Assembly: GCA_039794845.1 (NCBI GenBank)
Contig: JAUQVK010000025.1
Location: 32,001-96,000 of the forward strand
Direction: 5' to 3'
Source: Thermostichus sp. DRC_bins_24
Lineage (GTDB): Bacteria > Cyanobacteriota > Cyanobacteriia > Thermostichales > Thermostichaceae
DNA: 64,000 nucleotides
Position 1 is the first letter of the stretch; each line of letters begins with the position of its first letter. The notes beneath the pieces are model-generated. The model did no database searches, had not been told where the DNA came from, and saw nothing but the letters and a program-made list of their open reading frames with translations. Shown in pieces: positions 39,594 to 50,496 of the stretch. The position numbers and the translations under genes were made by a program.

Positions 39594-40853
39594 ATGACTC
39601 CATTGATGGATTGCTCATCCGCCTTCATGAAGGTATCCGCCCATTTGTTGAAAGTCGAGCCGGTTTTCACGGGGATCGTGCAGTACCAGGATCTTTCCCT
39701 AACCCCAGCGGTGCTGAGCACCTGGTCAATTGTGCGGAGTCAGGGTCGCTTTGTGTTTGCCAGCCATAGTTTCGACCCCTTGGAGCGATTGGATCGACAT
39801 CTGCGTCGTCTCCGCCATCAGGTGCCTTCCCTCACCCGCGAGGTTTGTCTGCGCGTTCGTCGGCAAGCCGAGTCGATTCTGGCCCAAGAGGCTGGGCCTT
39901 TGCCGGCAGACTTTCTCACCTTAATCTGGATGGTGGAAGAACATCTGGTGCCCCGCGAAGCGGCCCGAAAATTAAGCGCCTGGATGAGCGAGGAAGTGCT
40001 ACAAAATTTGCTCCTTTCTCCGGCTCAGAACCTGGAGCAACGGCTGATCCGCCTCGATGGGTTGCCTACCCTGGGCCAATGGGAAGTGGGATCCCTGCTC
40101 AGCCATATCCAAAAGCGGCTAGAAGCCTGGCAAAGTCTGGGGCCGCAAATTACCTCCCCTTACCAGCGGCCCTATTTCACCAGCCGTGCCCAAGCGGAGC
40201 GCCTACCCCCCGATCAGCAGGAGCACCTGAGCCAATTGCTGCGCGGGTTTAGCTTCCGTCAGTTGAGCGCCCTGATCGACCAAGATGAATTGCTGATCGC
40301 CCGTCGCCTTTACCCCCTGATCAACGCCGGCATCATCATGCTGCGGGATCCCCAAGCCCCTTTCGACAAATTGCCCAAAACCCACCTGGCCGGCGCCACG
40401 GCCGTGCCCATGTTGACCCCCCCGCCTCAAAAGACTGCCCAACTGGCGGAAGGCCTTCGGGATCTGTGCCCTGCCACCCAGGTCACCCAAACCTGGACAG
40501 TCGCCTGCATCGACGATAGCCAAGCCATGTTGAACGAAATCTGTCGGTTGCTGGAGGGGCAAAACCTGGTCATTCACACCATTAACGACTCTTTAAAAGC
40601 GCTGATGAAATTGACCAGTCTCAAGCCAGATTTAATCCTGCTGGATGTGGGCATGCCCAATGTCGATGGCTACCAGTTGTGTGGGTTGATTCGCAAATAT
40701 TCGGTGTTGAAGGAGGTGCCCGTGGTGATGGTGACCGGCCACAAAAGCCTCATCGATCGGGTGAAGGCGCGCATGGCCGGAGCCACCGATTATCTCACCA
40801 AACCCTTTCAGCAGGAAGAATTGCTGCAGATCGTGTTTCGCTATCTCAGCTAG
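39594..40853 (+). CDS. PatA-family response regulator (PixG/TaxP-type)
   Basis: N-terminal PATAN-like region, SPYQRPY, C-terminal REC (ACIDDS, LLDVGMP, TKPF). Confidence 0.92.
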   Translation: MTPLMDCSSAFMKVSAHLLKVEPVFTGIVQYQDLSLTPAVLSTWSIVRSQGRFVFASHSFDPLERLDRHLRRLRHQVPSLTREVCLRVRRQAESILAQEAGPLPADFLTLIWMVEEHLVPREAARKLSAWMSEEVLQNLLLSPAQNLEQRLIRLDGLPTLGQWEVGSLLSHIQKRLEAWQSLGPQITSPYQRPYFTSRAQAERLPPDQQEHLSQLLRGFSFRQLSALIDQDELLIARRLYPLINAGIIMLRDPQAPFDKLPKTHLAGATAVPMLTPPPQKTAQLAEGLRDLCPATQVTQTWTVACIDDSQAMLNEICRLLEGQNLVIHTINDSLKALMKLTSLKPDLILLDVGMPNVDGYQLCGLIRKYSVLKEVPVVMVTGHKSLIDRVKARMAGATDYLTKPFQQEELLQIVFRYLS

Positions 40854-40909
40854 GGATCCCGTCGGTTTTCGTGTTCAGACCCCTGATTTTGGAGAAGGAG
40901 TTGTCCATT

Positions 40910-41275
40910 ATGGTAACGGTGCTTGTGGTGGAAGATGTGGCTTCAGAGCGGCAGCTGATCAGCGACTATCTCAGGGCAGAGGGCTATCAAGTGGTGCCTG
41001 TGGCCAATGCACAAGAGGCGCTGCAACAGATCCGCAGCGACAAGCCGGATGTGGTTCTAACGGATTTGGTCATGGAAGGGATGAGCGGCTTGGAACTGTG
41101 TCGCATGATCAAGAAAAATCCGGAGACCGGAAAGCTGCCGGTGGTGGCTTGCACCTCCAAAAACCAGGAATTGGATAAGTTGTGGGGAATGAAGCAGGGG
41201 GTAGATGTTTACCTCACCAAACCCTTCACCCGCGAAGAGATTTTACGCGCTATCAAATCGGTGGTGCTTAGCTAA
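40910..41275 (+). CDS. CheY-like regulator (PixH-type)
   Basis: VLVVED, TDLVM, TSKNQELDKLWGMKQG. Confidence 0.94.
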   Translation: MVTVLVVEDVASERQLISDYLRAEGYQVVPVANAQEALQQIRSDKPDVVLTDLVMEGMSGLELCRMIKKNPETGKLPVVACTSKNQELDKLWGMKQGVDVYLTKPFTREEILRAIKSVVLS

Positions 41276-41301
41276 GATTTGTACTTAAATTAAGCAAAAG
41301 A

Positions 41302-41856
41302 GTGAGAATTGCTAGGGTGGCCAGTTTTCCATCACAGGCAACGGCTTCCATCGGTAAGGGCGAACTGTACTTACGGCTACAGGTGCAGGCTGGTTTATCT
41401 GTGGTTCTGCCGATGCAGTTTGCTCAGGAGGCTTTGATCGTCAGCCCGCAGCAATTTACCCTTCTCCCCAATCAACCGGCGTGGGCGCTGGGCCTCTTTA
41501 ACTATCGCAGCCGAGTGATTGGGAGTCTGGATCTGCCCCAGTTTCTTGGCAGGGATCCCTTGGATTTTGGGCTACCCGACTATCACCTTGTGGTCGTGCG
41601 CCAAGGGGCTGTGGGGCTGGGTCTGGCCGTCCCCCTGGTGAGGGGGGTTACCCGTATTTCTACGGATCCGATTCAATCCCTATCGGAGCTGGTGCTGGAT
41701 TGGCCTGCATCCAGCCATGTCTTTTTCAGCGGCTACCTGTGGGATGGTGCGGAGCGGCTGTGGATCCTGGATGTAAGCACCCTCATCCTCCGGATTGTGG
41801 AGAGCATGATTCCCCAACGGCTTAGCTCCGTTTCCCGTGCCCATGCCAGCGGTTGA
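41302..41856 (+). CDS. CheW-like adaptor
   Basis: [26 protein letters not shown]. Confidence 0.9.
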   Translation: MRIARVASFPSQATASIGKGELYLRLQVQAGLSVVLPMQFAQEALIVSPQQFTLLPNQPAWALGLFNYRSRVIGSLDLPQFLGRDPLDFGLPDYHLVVVRQGAVGLGLAVPLVRGVTRISTDPIQSLSELVLDWPASSHVFFSGYLWDGAERLWILDVSTLILRIVESMIPQRLSSVSRAHASG

Positions 41857-41893
41857 TCCCCTCTATTTCTATTCAGGCAAAAAAGCTAAAGCT

Positions 41894-44125
41894 ATGGTTT
41901 ACTCCCGTCGCCTTTCTCTCTCTTCCAAACTGCAGCCGCAACGCAAAGTGGCGGGTTCCCGCTTGGCCCCGGCCATTAGTCTTTCGCTGGGGTTAAGCTC
42001 ACTGTTGTTTGCCATTTCTGCCGGTATGGTGGCCCGCACCTACTTCAACTTCAACCCCACCATTTCTCGGCAATTTACCCTGCAAAATCTGAGCGATCAG
42101 GTGATCTATTTGGACGAAGTTCTGACCATGTCTGCCCGCATGGGATCCGCCACCGGGAACTTGGCCTGGGAAGAACGCTACAACATCCACGTGCCGAAAC
42201 TGGACGAAGTCTTGGCGGAAATTGAGCGTTTGGATCCCGTCTCTTACGAAGCTTACGCCGCACAAACCACAGCAGCCAACATCAAGCTGGTGGACTGGGA
42301 AGTGGAGGCCTTCGACCTGATCCGGGCTGGAGAGCGGGAGCAAGCCTTTGAGATCTTGCACAGCCCCGACTACGAAGAACAAAAACGCATCTACGCCGAA
42401 GGGATCAACCAAACCATCGAGGAAATTCGCGGCAACATTCAGGCCAGTCTTATTCTTTACGAGCAGGGGCTGTTGCGCTCTTTGATCCTTTCCGGCATCA
42501 GCTTCCCGATTTTGCTGGTGAGCTGGGCCACTATTTTGATCCTGGTGCGCAATTTTGTACGGGAACGGAACGAAACCTATGAACGACAGGCCTCCGATAC
42601 CCGCTTGGCGCAGCGGTTCGCCGATATTGCCCGTATCCGCCAGGATCAAGAGCTGATCGAGCCCCTCACCGACCTCCTGAGCGAAATCCGCCAGCGCTAC
42701 GCAGCCGAACGGGTAGCCGTCTATCGGCTCACCCACCCCGAAGAAGCCCAGGTGATCGCAGAAGCCCGTGGCAGCCGCCAAAGCAGCACCCTTGGGGCCG
42801 TTGTTCACGGGATCCCAGCGCCGCTCCAGCAAACCTTGGACAACGGACAAGTTTATGCCTTCAGCCAAGTGCCCGTGGCGGAGCTGAGCGCCGACTACCT
42901 CCAAGTGCTGGCCACGGCCCAACTGAAGGCGGAGATGGTAGCCCCGGTGATGCGCGGCGATGAGCCCTACGGCTTCTTGGGGATCGGCCGTGCCCAAAGC
43001 TACAGCTGGTCTCAAGAAGAGCAAGAAAACCTGGCGGAGTTGGCCAGCCGCCTCGGACAAGCCCTGAGCAACCTGGGAGCGCTGGAACAAAAAGCTGTGG
43101 CCGCTCAAGAACGCGAGCGGTCAGAAGCCCTGCAGCAGGAACTGTTGCAGCTGATCAACGACGTCATGGAAGCTTCTCGGGGCGACCTGACGGTACGGGC
43201 ACAGCTAACGGCGGGACAGATTGGTATTGTCGCCGACTTTTTCAACGCCATCATCGAAAGCCTGCGGGACATCGTCATCCAGGTTCAGCAGGCTGCCGGC
43301 CAGGTGAACAACTCCGTCGGCAACAACGAGGCGGCCATTCGAGAACTGGCGGATGCGGCCCTCAAGCAAGCCACCCAGATTGGCGAGACCTTGCGCTCCG
43401 TCGAACAAATGACCCTCTCCATTCAGGAGGTTGCCGACAAAGCCCAGCAGGCGGCTGCCGTCTCCGAATCCGCCGCTGCCACCGCCACCGCCAGCAGCTT
43501 GACCATGGATCGCACGGTGCAAAACATCCTGCAACTGCGAGAAACGGTCGCGGAAACCGCCAAGAAAGTCAAGCGTTTAGGCGAATCCTCCCAGCAGATT
43601 TCTAAAGTGGTGTCTTTGATCAACCAGATTGCCCTGAAAACCAACCTATTGGCGGTGAATGCCAGCATTGAGGCGGCCCGTGCAGGGGAAGAAGGTCGCG
43701 GCTTTGCGGTGGTTGCCGAAGAGGTGGGGGCACTGGCGGCTCAGTCGGCGGAGGCAACGCGAGAGATCGAGCGCATCGTCGAAGGGATCCAACGGGAAAC
43801 CGGCGAAGTGGTGCAGGCGATGGAAACCGGCACCAGTCAAGTGGTGGAGGGAACCCGCCTGGTGGAGGATGCCAAACAAAGCCTGGGACAAATCGTGGAG
43901 GTATCGCGACAGGTGAACCAACTGTTCCAGGCTATCGCCCAATCCACCGACTCCCAGGCGGATGCCTCGCAAATGGTGCGGCAACTGATGGAGCAGATCG
44001 CCAGCATTGCCACCCACACTTCGGAAGCCTCGCAACGGGTGGCCAACTCTCTACAGGACACCGTGGCCATTGCCCGCCAGCTGCAAACCTCGGTATCCAC
44101 CTTCAAGGTGGGGGAGGCCATCTGA
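41894..44125 (+). CDS. Methyl-accepting chemotaxis protein (periplasmic sensor, GAF, HAMP, MA)
   Basis: Two TM helices; GAF (ERVAVYR...VAPV); [36 protein letters not shown]. Confidence 0.96.
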   Translation: MVYSRRLSLSSKLQPQRKVAGSRLAPAISLSLGLSSLLFAISAGMVARTYFNFNPTISRQFTLQNLSDQVIYLDEVLTMSARMGSATGNLAWEERYNIHVPKLDEVLAEIERLDPVSYEAYAAQTTAANIKLVDWEVEAFDLIRAGEREQAFEILHSPDYEEQKRIYAEGINQTIEEIRGNIQASLILYEQGLLRSLILSGISFPILLVSWATILILVRNFVRERNETYERQASDTRLAQRFADIARIRQDQELIEPLTDLLSEIRQRYAAERVAVYRLTHPEEAQVIAEARGSRQSSTLGAVVHGIPAPLQQTLDNGQVYAFSQVPVAELSADYLQVLATAQLKAEMVAPVMRGDEPYGFLGIGRAQSYSWSQEEQENLAELASRLGQALSNLGALEQKAVAAQERERSEALQQELLQLINDVMEASRGDLTVRAQLTAGQIGIVADFFNAIIESLRDIVIQVQQAAGQVNNSVGNNEAAIRELADAALKQATQIGETLRSVEQMTLSIQEVADKAQQAAAVSESAAATATASSLTMDRTVQNILQLRETVAETAKKVKRLGESSQQISKVVSLINQIALKTNLLAVNASIEAARAGEEGRGFAVVAEEVGALAAQSAEATREIERIVEGIQRETGEVVQAMETGTSQVVEGTRLVEDAKQSLGQIVEVSRQVNQLFQAIAQSTDSQADASQMVRQLMEQIASIATHTSEASQRVANSLQDTVAIARQLQTSVSTFKVGEAI

Positions 44126-44126
44126 A

Positions 44127-46913
44127 ATGTCACCCAATCTCACGCCACCCCAAGTTCGTGACGGTGAATGGGAGGTGAGGCTTCAGTTTCTCGGCGAGGC
44201 TCAAACCTATTTCGACAGCATCGAAGCGGGGGTGCTGGGGCTGGCCGACCAGGGGTTGGAGCGAGGCCGTATCGATCGCATTCTGCGGGCAGCTCACTCG
44301 GTCAAAGGCGGCTCAGCCATGATGGGCTTCCCGGTACTCAGCGACTTGGCCCACCGGCTGGAGGACTGCTTCAAGATCCTACAGGTGGAGCCCCAAAAGG
44401 CCAGCCCCACCGTGGAACGCGCCATCCTGGCAGCCTTGGATTGCATGCGCCAGATCGCCCAGCGACACCGGCAGCGGCAACCCCTGGAGGAAGCCTGGCT
44501 GGCGGAACAGGTGCAGCCGATTTTCGACCGCCTGAAGCAGCAGTTGGGAGAGTGGCAATCCAAAGATACGGCCCATCTGCTTGCGGCAGAAGCCGGCGGG
44601 GATATTCGGGTGCTGATGTTTGAAACCGAGGTCGATGCCTGCCTGCAGCGGCTGGAGGGGGTTTTGGCCCACCCGGAACAGCCCTGTCTGCGGGAGGAAT
44701 TTCTCATCGCCAGCCAGGAGTTGGGGGCCTTGGGGGAGATGCTGGATCTGCCCGCCTTCGCCACCCTCTGCGGATCTCTGTCCCGAGAGTTGGAAGCCAC
44801 CCCCGTAGAAGCCAAAGCGCAAGTTCTGCAGTTGGCCCAAGCGGCGCTCGAGGTGTGGCGACGGTCTCAGGCTTTGGTGGTGATCGGACGGTTGGATCTG
44901 CTGCCCACCACCTGGGATCCCGCTCCTCAAGCGTCTATTCAACCTGCCCCATCTGCGCAACTGACCGCCCCGACCCCAGCCACAACAGAGCCTCCCCCCA
45001 CCTCCCCAGAGGGCATGATGCGGGTACCCGCTCGCCCACTAGAACAGCTGGGGGAACTGTTTGGGGAGTTGACCACCGAGCGCAACGGTCTGAATGGCCA
45101 CCTGCAACGGCTGAGAGACCTGGTGAGTTTGCTCAAACGGCGGGTGCGCACTCTAGAGGAGACCAACAGTCGCCTGCGCAGCAGCTACGACCGCGTCGCC
45201 ACCGGCTCCGCCAAGGTTTGCCGCCCTGCCGGACTAGATGAGACCACAGAGGGCAGGGATCCCTTGCAAGCCAGCCTGTTTCCCAGGGAATTTGATCTGC
45301 TGGAGATGGATCGCTACGGGGAAATGCACCTACTGGCCCAAGAGGTGATGGAAACCGTCGTCCAGATCGATGAGGTGACCGGCGATATTGACACCGCCCT
45401 ACAGGAGACGGAAGGCACAGCCCGACAGCTCACCCGCACCTCCCGGCAAATGCAAACCCGCCTCACCCAAGTGCGAATGCAGCCCCTGTCGGATCTGACG
45501 GATCGCTTTCCTCGCGCCTTGCGGGAGATGAGCTTGACCCATGGCAAAGGGGTGGAGTTGCGGGTCATCGGCGGATCTACCCTAATCGAGCGCTCCATCC
45601 TGGAGATTTTGGCGGATCCCTTGTTGCATTTGATTCGGAATGCCTTCGACCACGGCATTGAGGACCCCAAAACCCGTCTAGCCCAGGGCAAACCCGCCAA
45701 AGGCCTGATCGAAATTACCGCTGCCCACCGAGGCAACCGCACCTTTCTCACAGTGCGGGACGATGGCGCTGGGATCCGCTTGGACAAAATTCGTGCCCGT
45801 GCTTTACAAATGGGCTTCCCGGAATCGGACCTAGCCGCCGCCACTTCCCAGGAACTGCTGGAGCTGATCTTCGAACCGGGGTTTAGTACCGCCCCTCAAG
45901 TGACCGATCTGTCTGGGCGGGGTGTGGGGATGGACGTGGTGCGCACCAACCTGGAACAGGTGGGCGGTCGTGTGCAGGTGGAGTCCTGGCCGGGGGAGGG
46001 AACCCGCTTCACCCTGACGCTGCCTCTTTCTCTAACGGTGACTCGGGTTCTGCTGACGGAATGTCATGGCTTGATGCTGGCTTTTCCGGCCAATGCGGTG
46101 GAAGAGCTGCTCATCCCCCCCGAGCTGTCCACCTCTGAACTGCCTTCCTCTTTTGTTTGGGAAGATCACCAGGTTCCTCTCATACCGCTGGGGCAATGGT
46201 TTCACTTTGCCCGACCCCAACAACATCCCGAGATCGAAGACACTCCGACCCTTGATCAGCCCACCGTGCTGCTGGTGGTGGAGGGTAACCAACCCTTTGG
46301 CCTGCTGGTGGATCGCTACTGGCGAGAGCAGGAAGTCACTCTGCGCCCTGTGGAAGAGGGGCTGCCCCTACCGCCTGGGTTTTCCAGCTGTACGATCTTG
46401 GCGGATGGACGGATCGTCCCTCTGGTGGATATCCCGGAGCTGCTCCGCTGGGTCCAAGCCAATCCGCCACGGTCGCACCCCTCACCGGATGAGCCCTTAT
46501 CTCGGTCTGCTCATCACCCCACAACCCTCTTGGTGGTGGAAGACTCGGTAAATGTGCGGCGATTCCTGGCCATGACGTTGGAAAAAGCAGGGTTCCGCGT
46601 CGAACAAGCCCGCGACGGACAAGAGGCCCTCGAACACCTCCAGAGCGGGATCCCAATCCAAGCGGTGATCAGCGACATCGAAATGCCCCGCCTAGATGGC
46701 TTCGGCCTGTTGGCCCAGATTCGCTCCCACCCCCTGCACAATCGCCTGCCGGTGATTATGCTCACTTCCCGCAGCGGCGACAAACACCGGCAACTGGCCC
46801 AGAGGCTGGGGGCAACGGGCTATTTCTCCAAGCCCTTTCAGGAACAGGAGCTAATTCAGTCGCTGCGGCAACTGCTCCAACCGGATCCCCCTGCTGTGCT
46901 GGCAGCGAGGTGA
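44127..46913 (+). CDS. cheA: Hybrid CheA kinase (Hpt, HATPase, CheW, REC)
   Basis: RAAHSVKG, HLIRNAFDHGIE, DDGAGI, SGRGVGMDVV, C-terminal receiver. Confidence 0.96.
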   Translation: MSPNLTPPQVRDGEWEVRLQFLGEAQTYFDSIEAGVLGLADQGLERGRIDRILRAAHSVKGGSAMMGFPVLSDLAHRLEDCFKILQVEPQKASPTVERAILAALDCMRQIAQRHRQRQPLEEAWLAEQVQPIFDRLKQQLGEWQSKDTAHLLAAEAGGDIRVLMFETEVDACLQRLEGVLAHPEQPCLREEFLIASQELGALGEMLDLPAFATLCGSLSRELEATPVEAKAQVLQLAQAALEVWRRSQALVVIGRLDLLPTTWDPAPQASIQPAPSAQLTAPTPATTEPPPTSPEGMMRVPARPLEQLGELFGELTTERNGLNGHLQRLRDLVSLLKRRVRTLEETNSRLRSSYDRVATGSAKVCRPAGLDETTEGRDPLQASLFPREFDLLEMDRYGEMHLLAQEVMETVVQIDEVTGDIDTALQETEGTARQLTRTSRQMQTRLTQVRMQPLSDLTDRFPRALREMSLTHGKGVELRVIGGSTLIERSILEILADPLLHLIRNAFDHGIEDPKTRLAQGKPAKGLIEITAAHRGNRTFLTVRDDGAGIRLDKIRARALQMGFPESDLAAATSQELLELIFEPGFSTAPQVTDLSGRGVGMDVVRTNLEQVGGRVQVESWPGEGTRFTLTLPLSLTVTRVLLTECHGLMLAFPANAVEELLIPPELSTSELPSSFVWEDHQVPLIPLGQWFHFARPQQHPEIEDTPTLDQPTVLLVVEGNQPFGLLVDRYWREQEVTLRPVEEGLPLPPGFSSCTILADGRIVPLVDIPELLRWVQANPPRSHPSPDEPLSRSAHHPTTLLVVEDSVNVRRFLAMTLEKAGFRVEQARDGQEALEHLQSGIPIQAVISDIEMPRLDGFGLLAQIRSHPLHNRLPVIMLTSRSGDKHRQLAQRLGATGYFSKPFQEQELIQSLRQLLQPDPPAVLAAR

Positions 46914-46916
46914 CCC

Positions 46917-47444
46917 ATGCCTCTACTTTCTCCCCTGCGCTCCCGACGTCTGGCTCAGCAGGAGCATCTGAAAAATCAACAGACCTTGATCACCTTCCAA
47001 CTGGGATCCCATCGTGTTGGCAGGGCGGAGCCCTTTAACTTCGGGTTGCCAATCCTGTGGGCAAAGCGGGTTTTGGCTTGGCAAGACCTTCAAGCGGGTC
47101 ATGGCAACTCATCCATTCGCCTGGGGCCTTCCCACCGTTCTGAAACTTCAGAGCGTTCCATCCCACTTCTGGATACGGGTCGTCTCTTGCTGGGCAAACC
47201 CCTCCTCTTTCAGCCCCAAGCCCTGATCCTCCTACAGCCGCCGGGCCAAGAGGAGGTTGGCCTGCCCATCCCTACCCAACCGATGTTGCGTCGTCTGTCC
47301 TTGGCTCAGATTCAGGCTGTTCCCAGCAGCCATGCCGCTCAAGCTCGCCAGCGGGGCATTGTGCAGTGGGTACCTGCCGCTGGGGGGGTTCCCCATCTGT
47401 TTTTGCTCGACCCAGACTTGTGGTTTGCCCAAAACAAGCCTTAA
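46917..47444 (+). CDS. Divergent CheW-like protein closing the taxis operon
   Basis: SPLRSRR N-terminus, LITFQL, VGLPI..P, FLLD. Confidence 0.75.
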   Translation: MPLLSPLRSRRLAQQEHLKNQQTLITFQLGSHRVGRAEPFNFGLPILWAKRVLAWQDLQAGHGNSSIRLGPSHRSETSERSIPLLDTGRLLLGKPLLFQPQALILLQPPGQEEVGLPIPTQPMLRRLSLAQIQAVPSSHAAQARQRGIVQWVPAAGGVPHLFLLDPDLWFAQNKP

Positions 47445-47478
47445 ACGGTGAACGGGGCAAGCCCGCTCAGATCTGTCG

Positions 47479-48018
47479 TCAGGGACGAAGCTCAGGGATC
47501 TCCAAGTCAGGGTTCTCAATGCGCATCAACTCCCAGCGGTAGGGGTTGCCGCCGGGGCGCTGCCAATAAAACTGAAACGGTTGCTCCAACGCATTTACCT
47601 GATCCCGAGTTAGGTTGGCCAGGGGGCCGCCGGATCCCTCGATCACAAACCAAACGGTAGCCCGACCACTGTTGTCTGGGCTGATCTGCACCTGTAGCTC
47701 CTGCGGCTGGATGCGGAGGCGAAAAAATTGGCCAAAAATCTGCTGACCATAGGAAAGCGCCGTCTGCTTATCAAACCCCCAGTCATCGGCGTAAGCCTCT
47801 GAAAACAAAGACTCCACCCGTTCCCAATGGCGTCCCTCTACCGCCCGCAACAAGGTTTCGGTGTGAGCGCGTACCTGGCGTTCCGGCTGCCCATATTGCC
47901 AGAAAGCGCCCAGCCCAATCGCCACGACAACGGATCCCACCAGGCCCCAGCGGATCCAGGGGGAAAGCGGAGGGCTCTGGCGAGCAGAGCTTGACGAGGC
48001 ACCAGAAGAGGGCGGCAA
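47479..48018 (-). CDS. Single-TM protein with NTF2-like soluble domain (start uncertain)
   Basis: TM helix, then LLRAVE..W......SEAYADDWG, ending WEL..I. Confidence 0.7.
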   Translation of the reverse strand: MPPSSGASSSSARQSPPLSPWIRWGLVGSVVVAIGLGAFWQYGQPERQVRAHTETLLRAVEGRHWERVESLFSEAYADDWGFDKQTALSYGQQIFGQFFRLRIQPQELQVQISPDNSGRATVWFVIEGSGGPLANLTRDQVNALEQPFQFYWQRPGGNPYRWELMRIENPDLEIPELRP

Positions 48019-48196
48019 GGGATCCCTTTCCTCAAAAGACGAACCTACTCTCCACCTTAAACGCAGCGGGCCATCGCTTGGCAGAACCCTGCAGGAGTAG
48101 AGAGCATCGATTCTTGATTTTTCAGCTTTCGGGGAACTGGATGTGAGAAGATCAACATCCAGCCCTGCGCACTCCAACGCACAACCTTGATCGGTC

Positions 48197-49177
48197 ATGA
48201 CCACCAAATCTACCGACCGTATGCTGCTGGATTTTGAGCAGCCTGTCGCCGCCCTAGAGCAACGCATTGAGGAGATTCGCTCTTTGGCCGAAGATAACGA
48301 AATTGAAGCCTCCGAGCAAATTCGCCAGCTGGAGGCCAAAGCCGAAGAACTGCGCCGTGAGATCTTCCGTCATCTCACCCCCGTAGAGCGCCTACAGGTG
48401 GCCCGTCACCCCCGTCGGCCCAGTACCCTCGACTACGTGCAAACCATTTGCGACGATTGGTTTGAGCTGCATGGGGATCGACATGGCCAGGATGATCCGG
48501 CCATTGTCGGCGGTCTGGCCAAGCTGGAGGATCAGCCGGTTATGATCCTGGGACATCAAAAGGGTCGGGACACCAAAGACAACATTCATCGCAACTTTGG
48601 AATGCCCAACCCCGCCGGCTACCGCAAAGCCCTGCGGCTGATGGAACATGCCCACCGTTTTGGTCTGCCCCTGCTCACTTTTATCGATACGCCAGGGGCC
48701 TACCCCGGCCTCAAGGCCGAAGCAGAAGGACAAGGAGAAGCAATTGCCACCAATTTACAAGCTCTCTTCCGCTTCGAGATCCCGATCATCTGCACCATCA
48801 TCGGCGAGGGTGGCTCCGGGGGAGCATTGGCCATTGGCATTGGCGACCGGGTGTTGATGTTTGAACACGCCGTTTATTCGGTGATCTCACCGGAGGGGTG
48901 TGCGGCTATTCTCTGGAAAGATGCCAAAAAAGCCCCACAAGCAGCGGCTGCCCTGCGCATTACCGCCCAGGATCTGCTGCAACTGGAGGTGATCGACGAA
49001 ATCTTGCCAGAGCCGGCGGGGGGCGCCCATCGTGCCCCGGTAGAAGCAGCCCAAACCCTGAAACAAGCCCTTCTCCGCCATCTGGAGGATCTTTCAACCT
49101 TGAGTGGACGACAATTGCGGGAAGAACGCTACCAAAAGTTTCGCCGCATGGGATCCTTTCTGGAACTACCTCAGTAG
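48197..49177 (+). CDS. accA: Acetyl-CoA carboxylase carboxyltransferase alpha
   Basis: [44 protein letters not shown]. Confidence 0.98.
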   Translation: MTTKSTDRMLLDFEQPVAALEQRIEEIRSLAEDNEIEASEQIRQLEAKAEELRREIFRHLTPVERLQVARHPRRPSTLDYVQTICDDWFELHGDRHGQDDPAIVGGLAKLEDQPVMILGHQKGRDTKDNIHRNFGMPNPAGYRKALRLMEHAHRFGLPLLTFIDTPGAYPGLKAEAEGQGEAIATNLQALFRFEIPIICTIIGEGGSGGALAIGIGDRVLMFEHAVYSVISPEGCAAILWKDAKKAPQAAAALRITAQDLLQLEVIDEILPEPAGGAHRAPVEAAQTLKQALLRHLEDLSTLSGRQLREERYQKFRRMGSFLELPQ

Positions 49178-49211
49178 ATAGTAGATATAGGTAGGAAGCT
49201 TGTCGGTGCTG

Positions 49212-49320
49212 AAGCAGAACGATACCCCTTCTGGATCCCCTCTCCCGCTCTGGGAGAGGGGCTAGGGCTAGCGCCATGCTGCGCGAAGGGGGTGAGGTCA
49301 GGTGTTGCAAACTCAATTCA
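49212..49320 (+). repeat. ~110 bp REP-like palindromic dispersed repeat, copy B
   Basis: CCCCTCTCCCGCTCTGGGAGAGGGG hairpin; aligns end to end with 22401-22510. Confidence 0.85.
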
Positions 49321-49348
49321 AAAACTCAATTCAAAAGACTGTATTTTC

Positions 49349-49860
49349 GTAGCGTCTTCCCGACGCTGACGGCTTACGCAGCACGGCGCGGGCTTTCCAA
49401 AAGCCCTTCAGTAGCCCTCCGGCTACCTCGTTCAAGATAACCAGGAGCCTCCAGGCTGTATTACCGACAGCCCAATCGATGTAGGTAACAAAGCCCGCCT
49501 TGACCGCTTTGACCGGGCGATGCTTTTGTTTGGCCACCTTCGGAGGACCGGCGACTCGCCTGCAAACCTGTTGGGCCAAGTTGCTCGACAGGCCAAAGCG
49601 AGCGCAAATCTCGTGGTAGCAAAAGGATTGCAGCTTGAGGGCATTGACCATCTTCTCGGGTGTGTTCTGGTTAACCCAGTTCAATGCCTGCCCAAACGCC
49701 TCCGGAGTCGGATTGGTTTTGTGGTCTGTGATTCGGATACCTTGAGCTTGCAAGAGATGGTCAGGAGTTGGTTCATCGCCCTCATGTTATTTCATCCCGT
49801 TGCCGGCGGCGCATTCCTCCCGCCCCCCCTCGAAAGGGTAGGATGCGGGGCTCCTGCTGC
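49349..49860 (-). mobile_element. tnpB: Internally deleted IS200/IS605-type tnpB element retaining both end hairpins
   Basis: MNQLLTISCKLKVS (49776), frameshift, EAFGQALNWVNQNTPEK...FVTY, then a jump to a 3'-end-like sequence with hairpin 49359-49392; upstream hairpin ~49815-49853. Confidence 0.8.
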
Positions 49861-49976
49861 CCTAGCTGACCAAGGCACCAAACGCCAACTGAGCCAATGG
49901 GAGAGACTATTCAAGGCTGAGGCCAGCCAGTAAAGAAACCAATCAGATCGACTAACGAAATGCTTGCCTGGAATCA

Positions 49977-50468
49977 TCAGGGATCCCCCAACTGGGCCAA
50001 TGCCAGCAGATCTTCCCCCGTTACCCGGTTCAAAATCCACTCTGCATGTTGTTTGGCCCCCATCCGTCGATAAAACTCAATCGCCGGTTGATTCCAATCC
50101 AATACCATCCACTCCAGCCGTCCGTATCCCTTAGCCACAGCCTCTTGCGCCAATCGAACCAACAGCGCTTTGCCAATGCCTCTACCACGAAACTCCGGCA
50201 ACACAAACAGGTCTTCTAAGTAAAAGCCTGGGCGGGCGAGGAACGTAGAAAAATTACGAAAATAGAGGGCAAATCCTACAGGGGAGCGGGGGCGTTCTTC
50301 CACTTCAGCCAGCAACACTGCCGCTACGGCCTCAGGGCCAAACAAATACTGCTGCAAATCTGCTGCCGTTCCGCTTACCAAGTGGCTCAGCTTTTCATAC
50401 TCAGCCAACGCACAAATGAGCTCAAAAATGATCGGTACATCAGCTGGGGTAGCGGGTCGAACTTGCAT
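49977..50468 (-). CDS. GNAT acetyltransferase (diamine N-acetyltransferase-like)
   Basis: LAEYEK, FSTF, YLEDLFV.PEFRGRGIG, VLDWN..AIEFY. Confidence 0.94.
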   Translation of the reverse strand: MQVRPATPADVPIIFELICALAEYEKLSHLVSGTAADLQQYLFGPEAVAAVLLAEVEERPRSPVGFALYFRNFSTFLARPGFYLEDLFVLPEFRGRGIGKALLVRLAQEAVAKGYGRLEWMVLDWNQPAIEFYRRMGAKQHAEWILNRVTGEDLLALAQLGDP

Positions 50469-50496
50469 GGCCAAGATACACCGGAAAGAAATAAAC

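Noticed and set aside
47479..48339. Long N-terminal extension overlapping accA
   Set aside because: The upstream part is antisense to accA and its promoter; the real start is probably near 48018
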